A stretch of DNA of 54,774 nucleotides, filler included, from Catajapyx aquilonaris (Eukaryota): assembly GCA_000934665.2 (NCBI GenBank). It is 3 parts of 3 records of this genome, joined end to end, with 100 filler letters (N's around TTAATTAATTAA, not from the genome) between each part and the next. Parts side by side here need not be neighbours in the genome. Positions count along the whole stretch, not along the records: positions 18,291 to 36,498 come from JYFJ02006751.1; 2 more parts are not named here. One strand, 5' to 3'. Below, piece by piece: positions 21,822 through 33,049 of this stretch. Within the stretch, counting starts at the first letter, position 1. Each line of letters starts with the position of its first letter. The translations under genes were made by a program, and so were the position numbers. A model generated the notes under the pieces. That model was not told the origin of the DNA and searched no databases. It worked only from the letters and a program-made list of their open reading frames with translations.

Positions 21822-23980
21822 CTATGCAAAAGATTCAATAGAAATACATTGACTAGACGGTCTACGATTTAATATCCTGGGATGTGGACAACCCCCTGCC
21901 CCATTGCCAAAACCGTTCGACTTTTCAATTCGTCGACTTACACCATCTCGCTTTTTCTTGTGACAATGAGCCAATTCCCCCACAAGCACTACAAAACTAC
22001 CCAACAATCCAAGGAGCCACATATTAAATATCGCACCCAACTTTCCATGTGTCATTACCTCATCTTGCACGTATGTTTTGGCAGCTAACTCTTCTGCCAC
22101 TCGAATATCCTTGAGGCTGCGAAGAAATCTCATGTACTGATCATGTCCCATGAAAGTGTCATATAAATTGCTCTCTGCATTCAATCTAATAACCCTTTTT
22201 AGAATGTGAAACAGGGCAGTGTTTCCTTTTGAAACCGCAGCGAAAGCGTATCCAGAATAATCTGTGGTTGTCTGGAACTGCAAATGAAGTATCCCGTCGG
22301 TACCCATGTGACGGTACACTTCTAGATCGAGTAAAACGCTGACGCCTACGCACATGACATTTTCTCTTTGAGTTCTGTCCAAGCATTCCTGTGTTGTCCC
22401 ACCCATTCTCATGCGTTCTGCCATCATCTTCGTCACTGTTTGATTAGCATTTCTGACAAAATGAGACATCAGAAGATAATTTAAGGTGTCGGCTTCAATT
22501 TCCCAGTCGGAATCGCATAATTCCTGACCAGTGGTAGGGACGAATTCCCTCGGCGGCCAGGTCAGGAAGGACACCAGTTTAGCCCGGTACCCGGTTGTTA
22601 TCACTGTCACAAACATGAACAAAGCAGCAGCGAAAATGAGAGAAAAGTGGCTCTGGGAAAATTCGAAGTACTGATCCAGTAATGTTCGCAAAACCCGACT
22701 TACCGCATCGAATATCGGTATAACTTCCGAAGAGGTAATACGCCTTCTCTTTGATATGTAGTGTGCAAATAGAGAAAATGTAAACACGCTTACTGCAATC
22801 AGAACCCACACTAAAAGCGGATAAGGCATGTAAATAACCCTCCATGTTGCTATTCTTCGAGGAATTCTGGTCAAACCAGTTGCGTGGGCAAAGATGTATG
22901 GTTGGGGTAAATTAAGGACTGGGTAAAATTCGTCTGAGGAAGAACTGGTAAGATATCGGACTTCTTGTTCACAAGAGTACCAACCAGCCCATCCCAAGTT
23001 CCGTTTGGTAAACGAGAGTCCAACTCCAAATTAAATTCCTGAGTAGAATACACCATGTTTGCTGCCAATAATTGTTCCACGAATAACGCTATTCTTGCGT
23101 TGAATGGAACAGATATATCGCCATGGGTGGCTTTAATTTTTCTTGCTTCTGGCAAGTCGATATCCACATAATAACGCGTCCTTATAGTTTTTCCGTTTGT
23201 CCTCCTGACCTCGTAGTCTTTGAACAGATGGTACATGCTGTCACCACTGGTGGTCCGATCTGCACTGAAGACGCCCAATCCCATGATCCGTGGTTGTCCT
23301 CCTTCTGCGCAGAAGAAGCAGACGGTGTCCATCCGGAGCTGTCCCGCCTCTTGTTGCAGAGGAGTGGTCATGACCTTTAGTCTGAGCGACGTCGCAGGAG
23401 GAGAGTGGGTCATGGCTCGGTGCATTTGGCGTAGGAAAGTGTCTGGCGGTGTTGAGGTGGTGTGAGTGATGGAGTGGTTGGTGTGTCTGAAGTGGATGAG
23501 GAAGCGGTCTTCCCCTGGGTCCACCCTGAGCAGAGAGGCAGCGTGCATGATGAGCGGTGGGAGTGTCCCGACCTGGACGGGCATGAGGAGGTGCAGGGTG
23601 CAGGACAGTCCGGGCCAGAGTCGGGACAGGAGCTCTGGAGGGACGGTGGAGAAGTCGTGTATCTGGCCTTCGTTGGTCAGCCAGGGGTAGTCCAGGTGGG
23701 ATGGTCTCTGGTACAGACTGGTCATCCGGATTGGGAAGGTGGGCAGGTACCTGCTCGAGTGTCCCATCAGAAGTTTCTGCACCGGGACACTGAAGGATAC
23801 TGAATCTGTGGAGGCCACCAAGTTGCACCTGAGCATGTCTTCTCTCCGTAGTATGGTGCCCACCAGCTGAACCAGAGCCTCGTCTTCTTCAGAGTGATTC
23901 ATCAGAGAAATAGTCTTCGTAGACATCACTATTCTCTGGATGATCAAGAGTCCCACGATTACACGTCTAAACCGCTTCAT
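21822..23980 (-). pseudogene. Divergent ionotropic receptor with one frameshift at ~22873 (or an assembly indel)
   Basis: The first frame has CFFC, NGTWDGLVGTLVNKKSDI and ..PTQLV. The second resumes LTRIPRR..PYPLLVW, LLDQY, GYRAKLVSFLTWP, last TM. The junction is in a short T run (CTG GTT TGA CC). Likely ATG at 23980. Confidence 0.85.
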
Positions 23981-24699
23981 GTTTTCTACGTTTTGCTCCG
24001 TGCAATAATTATACGCAAGGCAATGTTGAAAGCAGTCCGCTTCGATATATTTCTCAAGGGCGAAGTGATCCTTATCAATTTGCGTGGCCCGGCGTGGCCA
24101 CAAGCATTACCTGATGGGAACGATTAGGATACTTGCGATATATACCAAAGTGTTGCAATGAAATTCTGGATAATTATCATCAATGACGTAAAACTGGTAA
24201 TAATCAGATGGATTAGCCAGCCAAAATTCATAAGCTGAGCCCTTCTTTAAAATATGAGCAAAATTCTGTAAAATTCCATTGTGGTAGTATGGTAGTCGAG
24301 TTTGCATAATTACTCTGGAGACCAAAGTGTTCAGTGGCACTGGTTCTGTCTCCAGGTAATGTGCAATATGATGGAAGACAAGTTGTACGAGTAATTCTAT
24401 ACTCGTAGAGGCGCGGTGTGTGAAATATGCAGCATTTTAACGTACAGTATAATCTACCACCAATAATTTACCATTTGAATTATGAACCCTGAAGTCATAT
24501 TTTAGATATGTTTACAATTGCAGGGGTCGGTGCAATACCGCCATAACCCTCCCAAACCTGATTTTAAGAAAACTGAAGTTGAAAGTTTCAGATGACCCAT
24601 AAATCACATTTTCCATATATGACAATTTTCATATCTCCCCCCATACACAAGGCACTAATAAATGCCATTTATGTGCAATTATGATGATGATGATGCACC

Positions 24700-25067
24700 A
24701 CCGACTCTAAGAATGAACAACATGAGACGGGTTTAATCTAGATTGTAAAATTAAAATGCTAAAAAATTCGCATTATTGCGCAAAACGGACACATGTCATA
24801 TGGTCCAATGTCATTGTTAAACACATGCTAAGCGTGTGGAATTAATACATCTTCTTATCAAAATATCAGCCGTTTTAGAGATATACTTAGAAAACAGTTT
24901 TTAAGTCAACATTTTTCAAAATGGCGTCCACTTTCGGTCTCAATTCGAGGTGGTGCTACATCATATTTTTATCAGCATATTATTTTAGTGAACGAAAATG
25001 ACAAACTTCACGCTTCTATCACAACCCGAGCGTTTTTCATTGAACTTACATCTGTGCTGCTATACTA
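24700..25067 (-). mobile_element. Possible Academ-type long-TIR end
   Basis: Minus strand starts TAGTATAGCAGCAC...GTGATAGAAGCGTGAAGTTTG, resembling Academ termini. No partner end; inner boundary approximate. Confidence 0.35.
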
Positions 25068-25563
25068 AATAATTTATACCGTATTGTGCCTAGAAACATG
25101 AATTTAATAACGATCTTTAAAATAACTTCAAGCCCATGAAGGCCAACATTTTGACCTGAAAGCAAATCAAAAGGCTCATTGCTTCAAAACGCCATACATC
25201 AAGTAACAATAACTCCCTAAAAGCTACGTCATATTGAGCAAACACCATAAATAAAAAGCATACGATGTAACACAAAATGACACACCAAAGTGAAGTATAT
25301 TTGACAGGTCGATTTATGCCCCCCTTATAACCAAACAGTGACGTCCATTAAAGGAGGCTATTAAAGTTCGATCCAATACAAAGAAAGGCGACATTGAATT
25401 TAGCGGCATATAAGGCGGCATTTGCCGATAAAGACTTGACTGTGCAGCTTGCTCCGACTATCATAGCCCTGGAAGTATCTTCACACCAACACAGGTCAGG
25501 TCAATATAATTTCAGTCATTTACTTTTACAAATGCGACCCAAATAGTTTTCAAATCAAAGAGT

Positions 25564-27399
25564 ATGTTGTTCATACTTACTTACCTTGTACTCAATCGTG
25601 CTGTAGAATCAGGGCATATTGTAATGTCTCGTGGAATTATTGATGACAGAAATGTACTTAGCACTGTGGCAAGTATACTCAGAGACCTTCCCATCGAGTG
25701 TCCCTTGGTAGTAGGTCACGACGTTTTGGGGCCTGCTCCAACGTCGATTGAGACACTTCTAATCAACACTTCATCAATCCGACCCTTACTGATCACTCAC
25801 ACTGATTCGCACGACAATTGGAACTGCACGAAATCGGTCAGAAAAAAAATTCTGCCTCCTTTCACATTAGACCCTTCAGTGAAGGTCAGCAAATGCGCCG
25901 CTTATCTGATCATCACGTGTGTCAAAAACTACAAAGAAGTTGTGGAGCGGCTTCTGGATGAAGAGGACAGTGTGTTGGTGGCTAAAAAGACTCGAGACCG
26001 ATTCGTGTTTTGGGTCAGAGATTCATATGAGGACGGATATCTTCTGGAGCAACCTGCAAGTACTATCAAGTACAAGGTGGCAATTAGTGAAGAGGACCGC
26101 TCTGTACGACTGAGTTCGGTATGCTTCTTCTGCAATGATGGGCGACCAGCCCTTGAGAGTTTGGCAGCTCACAATGTGTTCAAGGACATGACGACAAATT
26201 TCCATGGAAAATTTTTGAGCAGCGTTCATGATGAGCACACTATGAGTTACACGGAATGTGACGGGTACTCACCATTGTTTGAAGTGTGTTTCTTGGGTGA
26301 AGCTCTTAATTTCAAGTGGGAAGTGACTGGAATCGACTTCGTTGCGATACTCCAGAATGTGAGTGCCACATTACTGTTTTTGGACAGGTTCTTGAGCGAA
26401 GAGCTGTCGTTCCTTCCAAAAATTCCTCAGGTTCTGTCACTCTACGAAGTGTTTTGCTTTTCGACAACGTATGATACTCAACACGTCACTTTTCTGGCAC
26501 GACAACCTCGGGTTATTGACACTCCACTGATTGTAGTGCTGCCCTATCAACTTACTCCATGGTGCTTGTTCATTGTGTCTTTATGCATATCATGCTTCTT
26601 TCTTGTAGTTTTATCTAAAGCACAAGATAAACAGCCATTTCATATAGTGTCAGGATTTCAGTACCTTGCACGAGTAGCGGTTGATCAGTATCCTTCTCCG
26701 ACAAGATCATGGTCGCTACGGATGTTTCTCTGGACATGGTTTTTCTTCTGTATTGTGGTTAGCACAGGATACAAAAGTAAGCTATTCACCTTTCTCACCT
26801 TCCCGCCTAAGGAGAAAATACCCACAACCATAGCTGAATTGATAGCATCGGGGTTCGATATAAAAATAACCCAAATGACCTATCACTTCATTGTAACTAG
26901 GTCAGACTCAGAGGACAGAGAGTCGTATGAGCACCACTTGGAAAGGCTGACCCCAGTGGACGGAGCAGAAGAGTGCGGCCGAGACATTCTGACGGAAGAC
27001 ACAACGTGCGTCACTTCAGAGTACACTTTGACTGATTTAGCCAGAAGAATGGACAGGTACGGATTGGGCAACACGTTCATATCCCATGACTCTGTGATTG
27101 TCTTGCACAGATCAGTGGTCCTTTTAAAGGACACTGTTTATTGCGACAATTTCGACTTCTGGATTGGCGTCATGTACAGTATAGGCCTGCGCATAAAACG
27201 TGAGAGATTTCAGGAGCATACACATGATTTGGAAGCTGCGAGGGCTAGAAGAGAAGATAGTGTTTCATTGGAGGTAAATGTGTGTCTCTCTCTCAGTCGT
27301 TTGGTAGGTGCATTTGTGATTGTAATATGCGGGCATGCTGTGGCTATTGGTCAACTATTCCTAGAAGTAACATTCCGAGCCCAATGTTCGAGAAAATAA
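25564..27399 (+). CDS. Divergent ionotropic receptor, intronless, 611 aa
   Basis: Signal peptide, CFFC, CFLGEALNFKW, VTFLARQP, LPYQLTPW, AVDQY, SLRMFLWTW..GYKSKLFTFLTFP, LSRLVGAF..LE. Distant relative of copies 1-4. Confidence 0.92.
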   Translation: MLFILTYLVLNRAVESGHIVMSRGIIDDRNVLSTVASILRDLPIECPLVVGHDVLGPAPTSIETLLINTSSIRPLLITHTDSHDNWNCTKSVRKKILPPFTLDPSVKVSKCAAYLIITCVKNYKEVVERLLDEEDSVLVAKKTRDRFVFWVRDSYEDGYLLEQPASTIKYKVAISEEDRSVRLSSVCFFCNDGRPALESLAAHNVFKDMTTNFHGKFLSSVHDEHTMSYTECDGYSPLFEVCFLGEALNFKWEVTGIDFVAILQNVSATLLFLDRFLSEELSFLPKIPQVLSLYEVFCFSTTYDTQHVTFLARQPRVIDTPLIVVLPYQLTPWCLFIVSLCISCFFLVVLSKAQDKQPFHIVSGFQYLARVAVDQYPSPTRSWSLRMFLWTWFFFCIVVSTGYKSKLFTFLTFPPKEKIPTTIAELIASGFDIKITQMTYHFIVTRSDSEDRESYEHHLERLTPVDGAEECGRDILTEDTTCVTSEYTLTDLARRMDRYGLGNTFISHDSVIVLHRSVVLLKDTVYCDNFDFWIGVMYSIGLRIKRERFQEHTHDLEAARARREDSVSLEVNVCLSLSRLVGAFVIVICGHAVAIGQLFLEVTFRAQCSRK

Positions 27400-27743
27400 C
27401 TGTCCAAATCATTTAAAAATGTATCAAGTTAAAAATATATTGTTATGCACTCTGGGCAGGAATAGCAAAGTTACAAAAAGTAATGTGACACTATCATTCA
27501 CCCAACTATGAATAGGTTCTTTTGGTGTTAAATGCTAAGTCGTTGCACCAGTATACATACAGTATACCCTACATGAAACCCTGAAACATTGGTCAGATAA
27601 ACGCATTGAGTGTGAAATACATTATTTTATTACAGCTTAGAATGTTGATAGCTATCCACTTAAACTGTGCAATAAGTCACTATATGGTGTTAGAAAATTT
27701 TAAGATGTTGTTGCTTACATTTTTGAATAAATTATAGGTGAGC

Positions 27744-28858
27744 TCATCTCATCGTTTCGAGTCCATTTCCATCATTGACATCCTGATGTTGGGGTATCCT
27801 TTTTCTCCGACAGTTTTTGCCTATGAAATATATTGTGGAAGGCAGATAGAACACCGTTGACGCAATCACCATTCTGAAATGGCACCAAAATGTCAATGGA
27901 CGAAGGATAGAAGCATTCACATGAGAATGAAGCCCGCTCGTATTATTTTAATGTACACGTACCGGTACGAAGTTCCCAAGGAAATGCTCTTGAATTTGTA
28001 CTCTCCAGTTAGAGCATTTCTTATTGGCGGAATACTATCCATGAATGAGAATTGCGCTCCCCATAGAGCAAGGACAATAATTTGGGAAGCACATGTTACA
28101 ATGTGAAAAAAGTTGAGCTTCTTGGAACAGAAGCATTTTTTCTCGCATTTTTCGATACAACTCAACACCCCTGCTGTAAATCCAATTCCTCCAGATATAA
28201 TGGCAAATGACAAGAAAGATATGGTGGCTGCAACCAACCCGCAGTTCAGCAGGTGCTTCTTAGCTCTTTTCGAGTCAACAATGCTCACTTGCTCAGCTAT
28301 GCAGAAAAATTAAATAAACAGTTAGTTAAATGTATAAGAAGTCCTATAAATAGTTTTTGACACGACATGCTATACCTTCTTCTTCGGTACTGTTCCAGAT
28401 TTTAATTCCAATGCTGGGGCATATTTCAGATTCGTCGACTGCACTGCTGTTTCCATTCAGAAAGCTCTGCAGATCCTCTTGCATTTTGTTGTAATCAGTA
28501 CCGCAGCTCATCATACACTTACTTTTCCGACAATCGCACACCACTGCAACAAACAATGACAATGCACACTTATTGTTACGGTTTCTACCAAGAACGCCGA
28601 CATACTATTCAAGGTTTGTGTTGCACGTCCGGTTATGTAGAAGAAGGTTTTTGAACCCTGCCAAAGTCCAAGGTCTATAGTCAGGGTAAAGCCTACTTGG
28701 TATGGGTTGGTCGAATAACCTTTTCCTGTGACCCATTGCGGATTGAAAAGGGCTGCGAGCGAAAGTACGATGGCTACAGCTTCACAGCAGATGGCAAGAC
28801 CCACATATGCCTGTTGGCCACTGATGTTTTTAAGTTTTTGGAAGCAGGAAAACTGCAT
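27744..28858 (-). CDS. Clarin-like / claudin-superfamily tetraspan membrane protein, 4 exons, ~294 aa
   Basis: Exons 28858-28606, 28543-28376, 28296-27963 and 27873-27744 join in frame via GT-AG introns. TM1 then W...GLWQG, Cys-rich loop VCDCRKSKCMMSC, TM2/TM3, SLGTSY, then TM4. Confidence 0.75.
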
Positions 28859-29568
28859 CCCAAACCACAGCAACCTCCAGTGTTAGTTACACTTTCATCA
28901 CTGAAGGTTGCCACTTGCGCGTTCACTAATTATTAGATGCGTCATCAAAGCAGCCTCGTAATCTACAGTGGGACAGTGTAAGCCGACAGATTCTTACCTT
29001 ATGTAATGCGAATATGTCTTAATGATTTAAAATTTGGACATATTTTGCGTTGATTTACTTCAAATCATTTAGGCACAAGATTGGCCATGCAACCAATATA
29101 TTGGCATGCTTTTGTTACACTTTGTTTAGGATTAAAACATTGCTGTTTTTGTACTGTACTATACGTTGATCCAATCTCCTAATACATCACTGATAAGACG
29201 TGCACACACCAGGAGTGTTTTTGAGATAAGACTAGCTTTGTAAACTTTCACATAAAGCATTTATTGTTTAGTCGTTACTTCAATCAGGTAGTGCCAGTAA
29301 CAAATACTATTGACAATGCTTATGCTGCCACAATCCATATGTACGGTCAGAAGGTGATCCTGTTTGCAAGCGGATAGGTGATTTGAGAAATATTCAGCAC
29401 TTTCATTGTCTTACAAAATATTCCTCAGCGAAAGCATTATAGCATTTAGCCAATGTTTTAGAGATTAAATCCTCCTTGCGTAAAAACAGATATGTTCAGA
29501 AGTTTGTGGAGAGTAATTTCGGCCAGGAATTGATATGTAATTCAATAAAAATAATATCTAGATCAATA

Positions 29569-32378
29569 TCAATTGTTCCCCAGGGCTTCACGCAAGCCCA
29601 CTTCTTTTTCAGAATCATGAATGATGCAGAGTGTCATTCGCTGGTCCATTCCTGGATAGCTATCCAGCGCAGAATACACGTCATCGTCGCACCTGACTTC
29701 AACCCAGCGGTCACCACCACCTGCGAAGAAGACAGTGTGAGAAGGTCACTCTCTAGTGCTCAACCTATAATTATGCACTACGAGTCCGCATGATAACGTA
29801 ACTTATTTGACGTACAGTACACTGAAGGCTAATTTATCACTTACCTAACACGAAAAGCGAGTACCCTGCCGCGTGTATGTCTCCAAAGATTGTTTGGTGT
29901 CGTCCAACTTGGAATTCGTTGGACATACCAGGTGTTTCATTAATCATGTACTGAAGGAACTTGTTTAATCCTTGCCCATCCTGAGTTTTCTCCCTGAACT
30001 TTTTCTGCTCAGAAGCTAGAGGGCAAAACACCACATCGATGTTTGGTGGTAAGGAAGCTGGCTCTTCGTCATCCTGCCGTCTTGGTCCTGGTTGAGCACG
30101 TCTTGATTGTTGCTGACCTTTTCTTTGATAGCCAATCATTTGACGGGGTCGTGAACCACCGCAATTACCATCCAGGACGTCATGAAACAGGTTTATTTGC
30201 TGAAACAATCCGAAAGTCCACTAGCACACAATGACAGCGATAATACGAGTAATTAGGAAATATACTCACTAATTGCAATGCTTCTCTCGCAAATTCTCTC
30301 TGGTCCTTTGAATGAAGCTCCAGTGCTTCCAGCTTGCCCAAAGAGGTTGCTAATTTGGTTTTGGCCTCCATTAACTCCTTTTGCTGTAATCAATGGAACT
30401 ACAGATTTTGATACCACCGATATAGTAACATGATCTGTCTGCTGATTATAGTAATCTTGTCTGATTGCGGTTATCCACTGCTGGTGATATAAAATATTCG
30501 TGCTCACCAATTCTTCGGTCTTCGTTCGCAATGACGCTGCTTCCTGAAGACGTTCTTTGACGCTTTCCATTTTGGCTTCAGCAATCATACCCTCACATTG
30601 TTTCATTGTCAAGTTGTCCTTTAAGTTCTGCACTTGCTCCTCAGCCTCCTTCAGTTTTAGGGCCAGATCCTTGATTTCTTGCTCCTATTTTTCAATCAAA
30701 GCACAAATTAATAATTACTGGTGTGTAATAAAATTTCGGAACCTTACCTTCTCCTTGCATGATTTTTCCTTGTTATTCAACTGCTGCTTCAGATTTTCAG
30801 CCTCACTTTGTTTCAACGTGTCGCTGCATTTTTGTGTAACGAGTTCATCTTTCAGAGTCTGCATTTTTTCCTCTAGAGAAGTTACAGTTGCCATGGCTTC
30901 TTTCAACTCTTGACTCTAGAATAATGAGGATGTATGTGGCATGTTAAATAAATCTGCAAAGTTTCGTAAGAGATTAAGTGTGTCCTACTGTAGAGTATGG
31001 AACTACGTACTTTCTCAATGAATCTTTCATGTTTTTCTTCCAGTTTATCCCGCATGTTGCCAGTGGCCGATGCTTGTATTCTGCTTCCACATCTTTCTTC
31101 AGTTACCTCGTTCTCCAAAGTTTGTATTCTATTCCTACAAATCTCCAAATCATTTTCCAGCTTGTCAATAATTCTGTCCTGTAAAAAAAACAATAACGAA
31201 GGATTAGAACATTTGACCTGCTGTGAAAAAGGGAAGCAAACTGGTGAAGCTCATTTCACACAATTTGATAATTATTGACATGTTGAATTATTAACGTTTT
31301 CCAACTATATTTTTATAAATATACAAAAATAAAACCAATAAAATCAATGGCCAATTCCCGTCTTGAGGTGCACTGTAGTGTATATTACCTATTTTTTGCA
31401 CATTGCATGACATTAAAGCACAAAACGTGCGTACAGTACCTTTGCAATGCATCTTTCTTCCTTTTCTCTCAGCTGTTCCTTCAGGTTTCCAGCTTCCGAC
31501 CGTGCCAATTCCTTCTCATGGACCTGCTGGGTCAGCGACTGTTCCAGACACCGTATTTTGACGTCTGATTCCTCCACTCTTCTTCCGAGACAACGTATGT
31601 CTTCATTCTAATGGAGCAAAAAATATTGTCGCATCAAACACTTAAGATTTTGCAACATAACTCAACCAGAGACTATCAGTGACGTCACAAGCTTATTAAT
31701 TGTAGACATTGTTGCGGATAATTTTCACTATACCTTCAGTGCCATGTTTCTGTCATTTTCGGCCTTCTGGGTCTCCCTAATGTTCGCAGTTTCTTGTCTC
31801 CTCCCAACTTTTTCTTCTTCCACTTGCCTTTCCAAATTCCTGTTTGTTTCCCCGTTGACCGACAGCTGTTGTCTTAGCTCGCTGATTATCTCACTCTTAA
31901 GGAGAAAATGCAACAGTTACGTTCGTGCTGGTCACGACAGATCACCGATATACAGTATACCTTGCGCTGGCTGTCAGTGGTCGCATCACGTAACTCTTCC
32001 TTAACCTCACTCAGTTCTCGTCGCAGTCTTTCCTTATCCTGTTCCAATGAACGGACTCTTCTCTCCAGCTGCTCAATCTCATCATTATTCGATGGTCTGA
32101 ATTAAAACAACAATGTGAAACAATGGATTCCCATAATAATTCCAATAATATTAATAAGAATGATAACGTTCCCACAAATGAAGTGCCGGTTCCAGATAAC
32201 AAGTCTATTGGCACAATATTAATAAAATTAGTGCATGATATTATACTTCCCCTTTATTTGTACAATAATAAAATTATTGTTATTAACGTGCAGCAATATG
32301 CACCGCCAAAGTTATAAGCACTCACCTAGGCCAAGGGTCGGGCCACGGCTTGGGAAACGGTTTGGGCCAAGGGAACAT
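29569..32378 (-). CDS. Uncharacterised 10-exon coiled-coil protein (Pro/Trp-rich start, long heptad region, small globular C-terminus); 5' end uncertain
   Basis: Exons 32378-32326 and 32096-31961, then a run of phase-0 exons (SEIISELRQQ.., NEDIRCL.., DRIIDKLE.., SQELKEAM.., EQEIKDL.., QKELMEAK.., QINLFH..), and a last exon ending at TGA 29569-71. All have GT-AG boundaries and splice without stops. Confidence 0.75.
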
Positions 32379-33049
32379 TCTCGGTGGCACTCCTGGTATA
32401 ACTGGCAATTAATCAATGCCAAAGATGTGACCAAGGCTAAGGTCTGGTTCAAGGCAATATAAGTATGAGCCCGCACTCAATCTAGTTGTAGCCTTTGCCA
32501 CGTCCAGAAGCCAAATGAACCGTACAGGCCCGAAGATTTTGCACTATGTGATGGTCCACTTCTGCTTCCGAAGTTCGAAGAGAATTTGTGGCTCACATAT
32601 TATGCGCTTGGTGAAGTCTGATGATTCTGAGAAAGGCGAGGGAAATCCCCGAAGAATGTTTACTGAGATGCTTCCATGCTTTGGCCACAGCTGAAATTGT
32701 GCATGCGAGACTGAATAGGAGGCTTGGACTTGTGCCCAGTGTAGCCCGAAGGACGAGGTAAATCCCCCGCAGACAGTGTGTTGACATTCACATTCTGGCA
32801 GTCCAAATTGTTGCTTGCTTGCGATCGTGATTTATGGGGTTTAGAGAAGGCAATGAAAGATATTCATCGTATTTAAACCCCTCTTGAATGCTGCTAGATG
32901 GCAACTCGTGCAAAAAATGAAAATTTTAATGTCCACGTCATGGAAGATAATTATCCTGTAAGTCCCCCAAGAACACATGGCTTTCTGTGAAACATTAACT
33001 ATATAGCTGGGTCATTCCATGTCAATACAGACAAGTTGGTGGCTCGACT

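Noticed and set aside
23241..23828. 195-aa alternative-frame ORF inside the frameshifted IR
   Set aside because: A by-product of local high GC; the IR frame explains the region.
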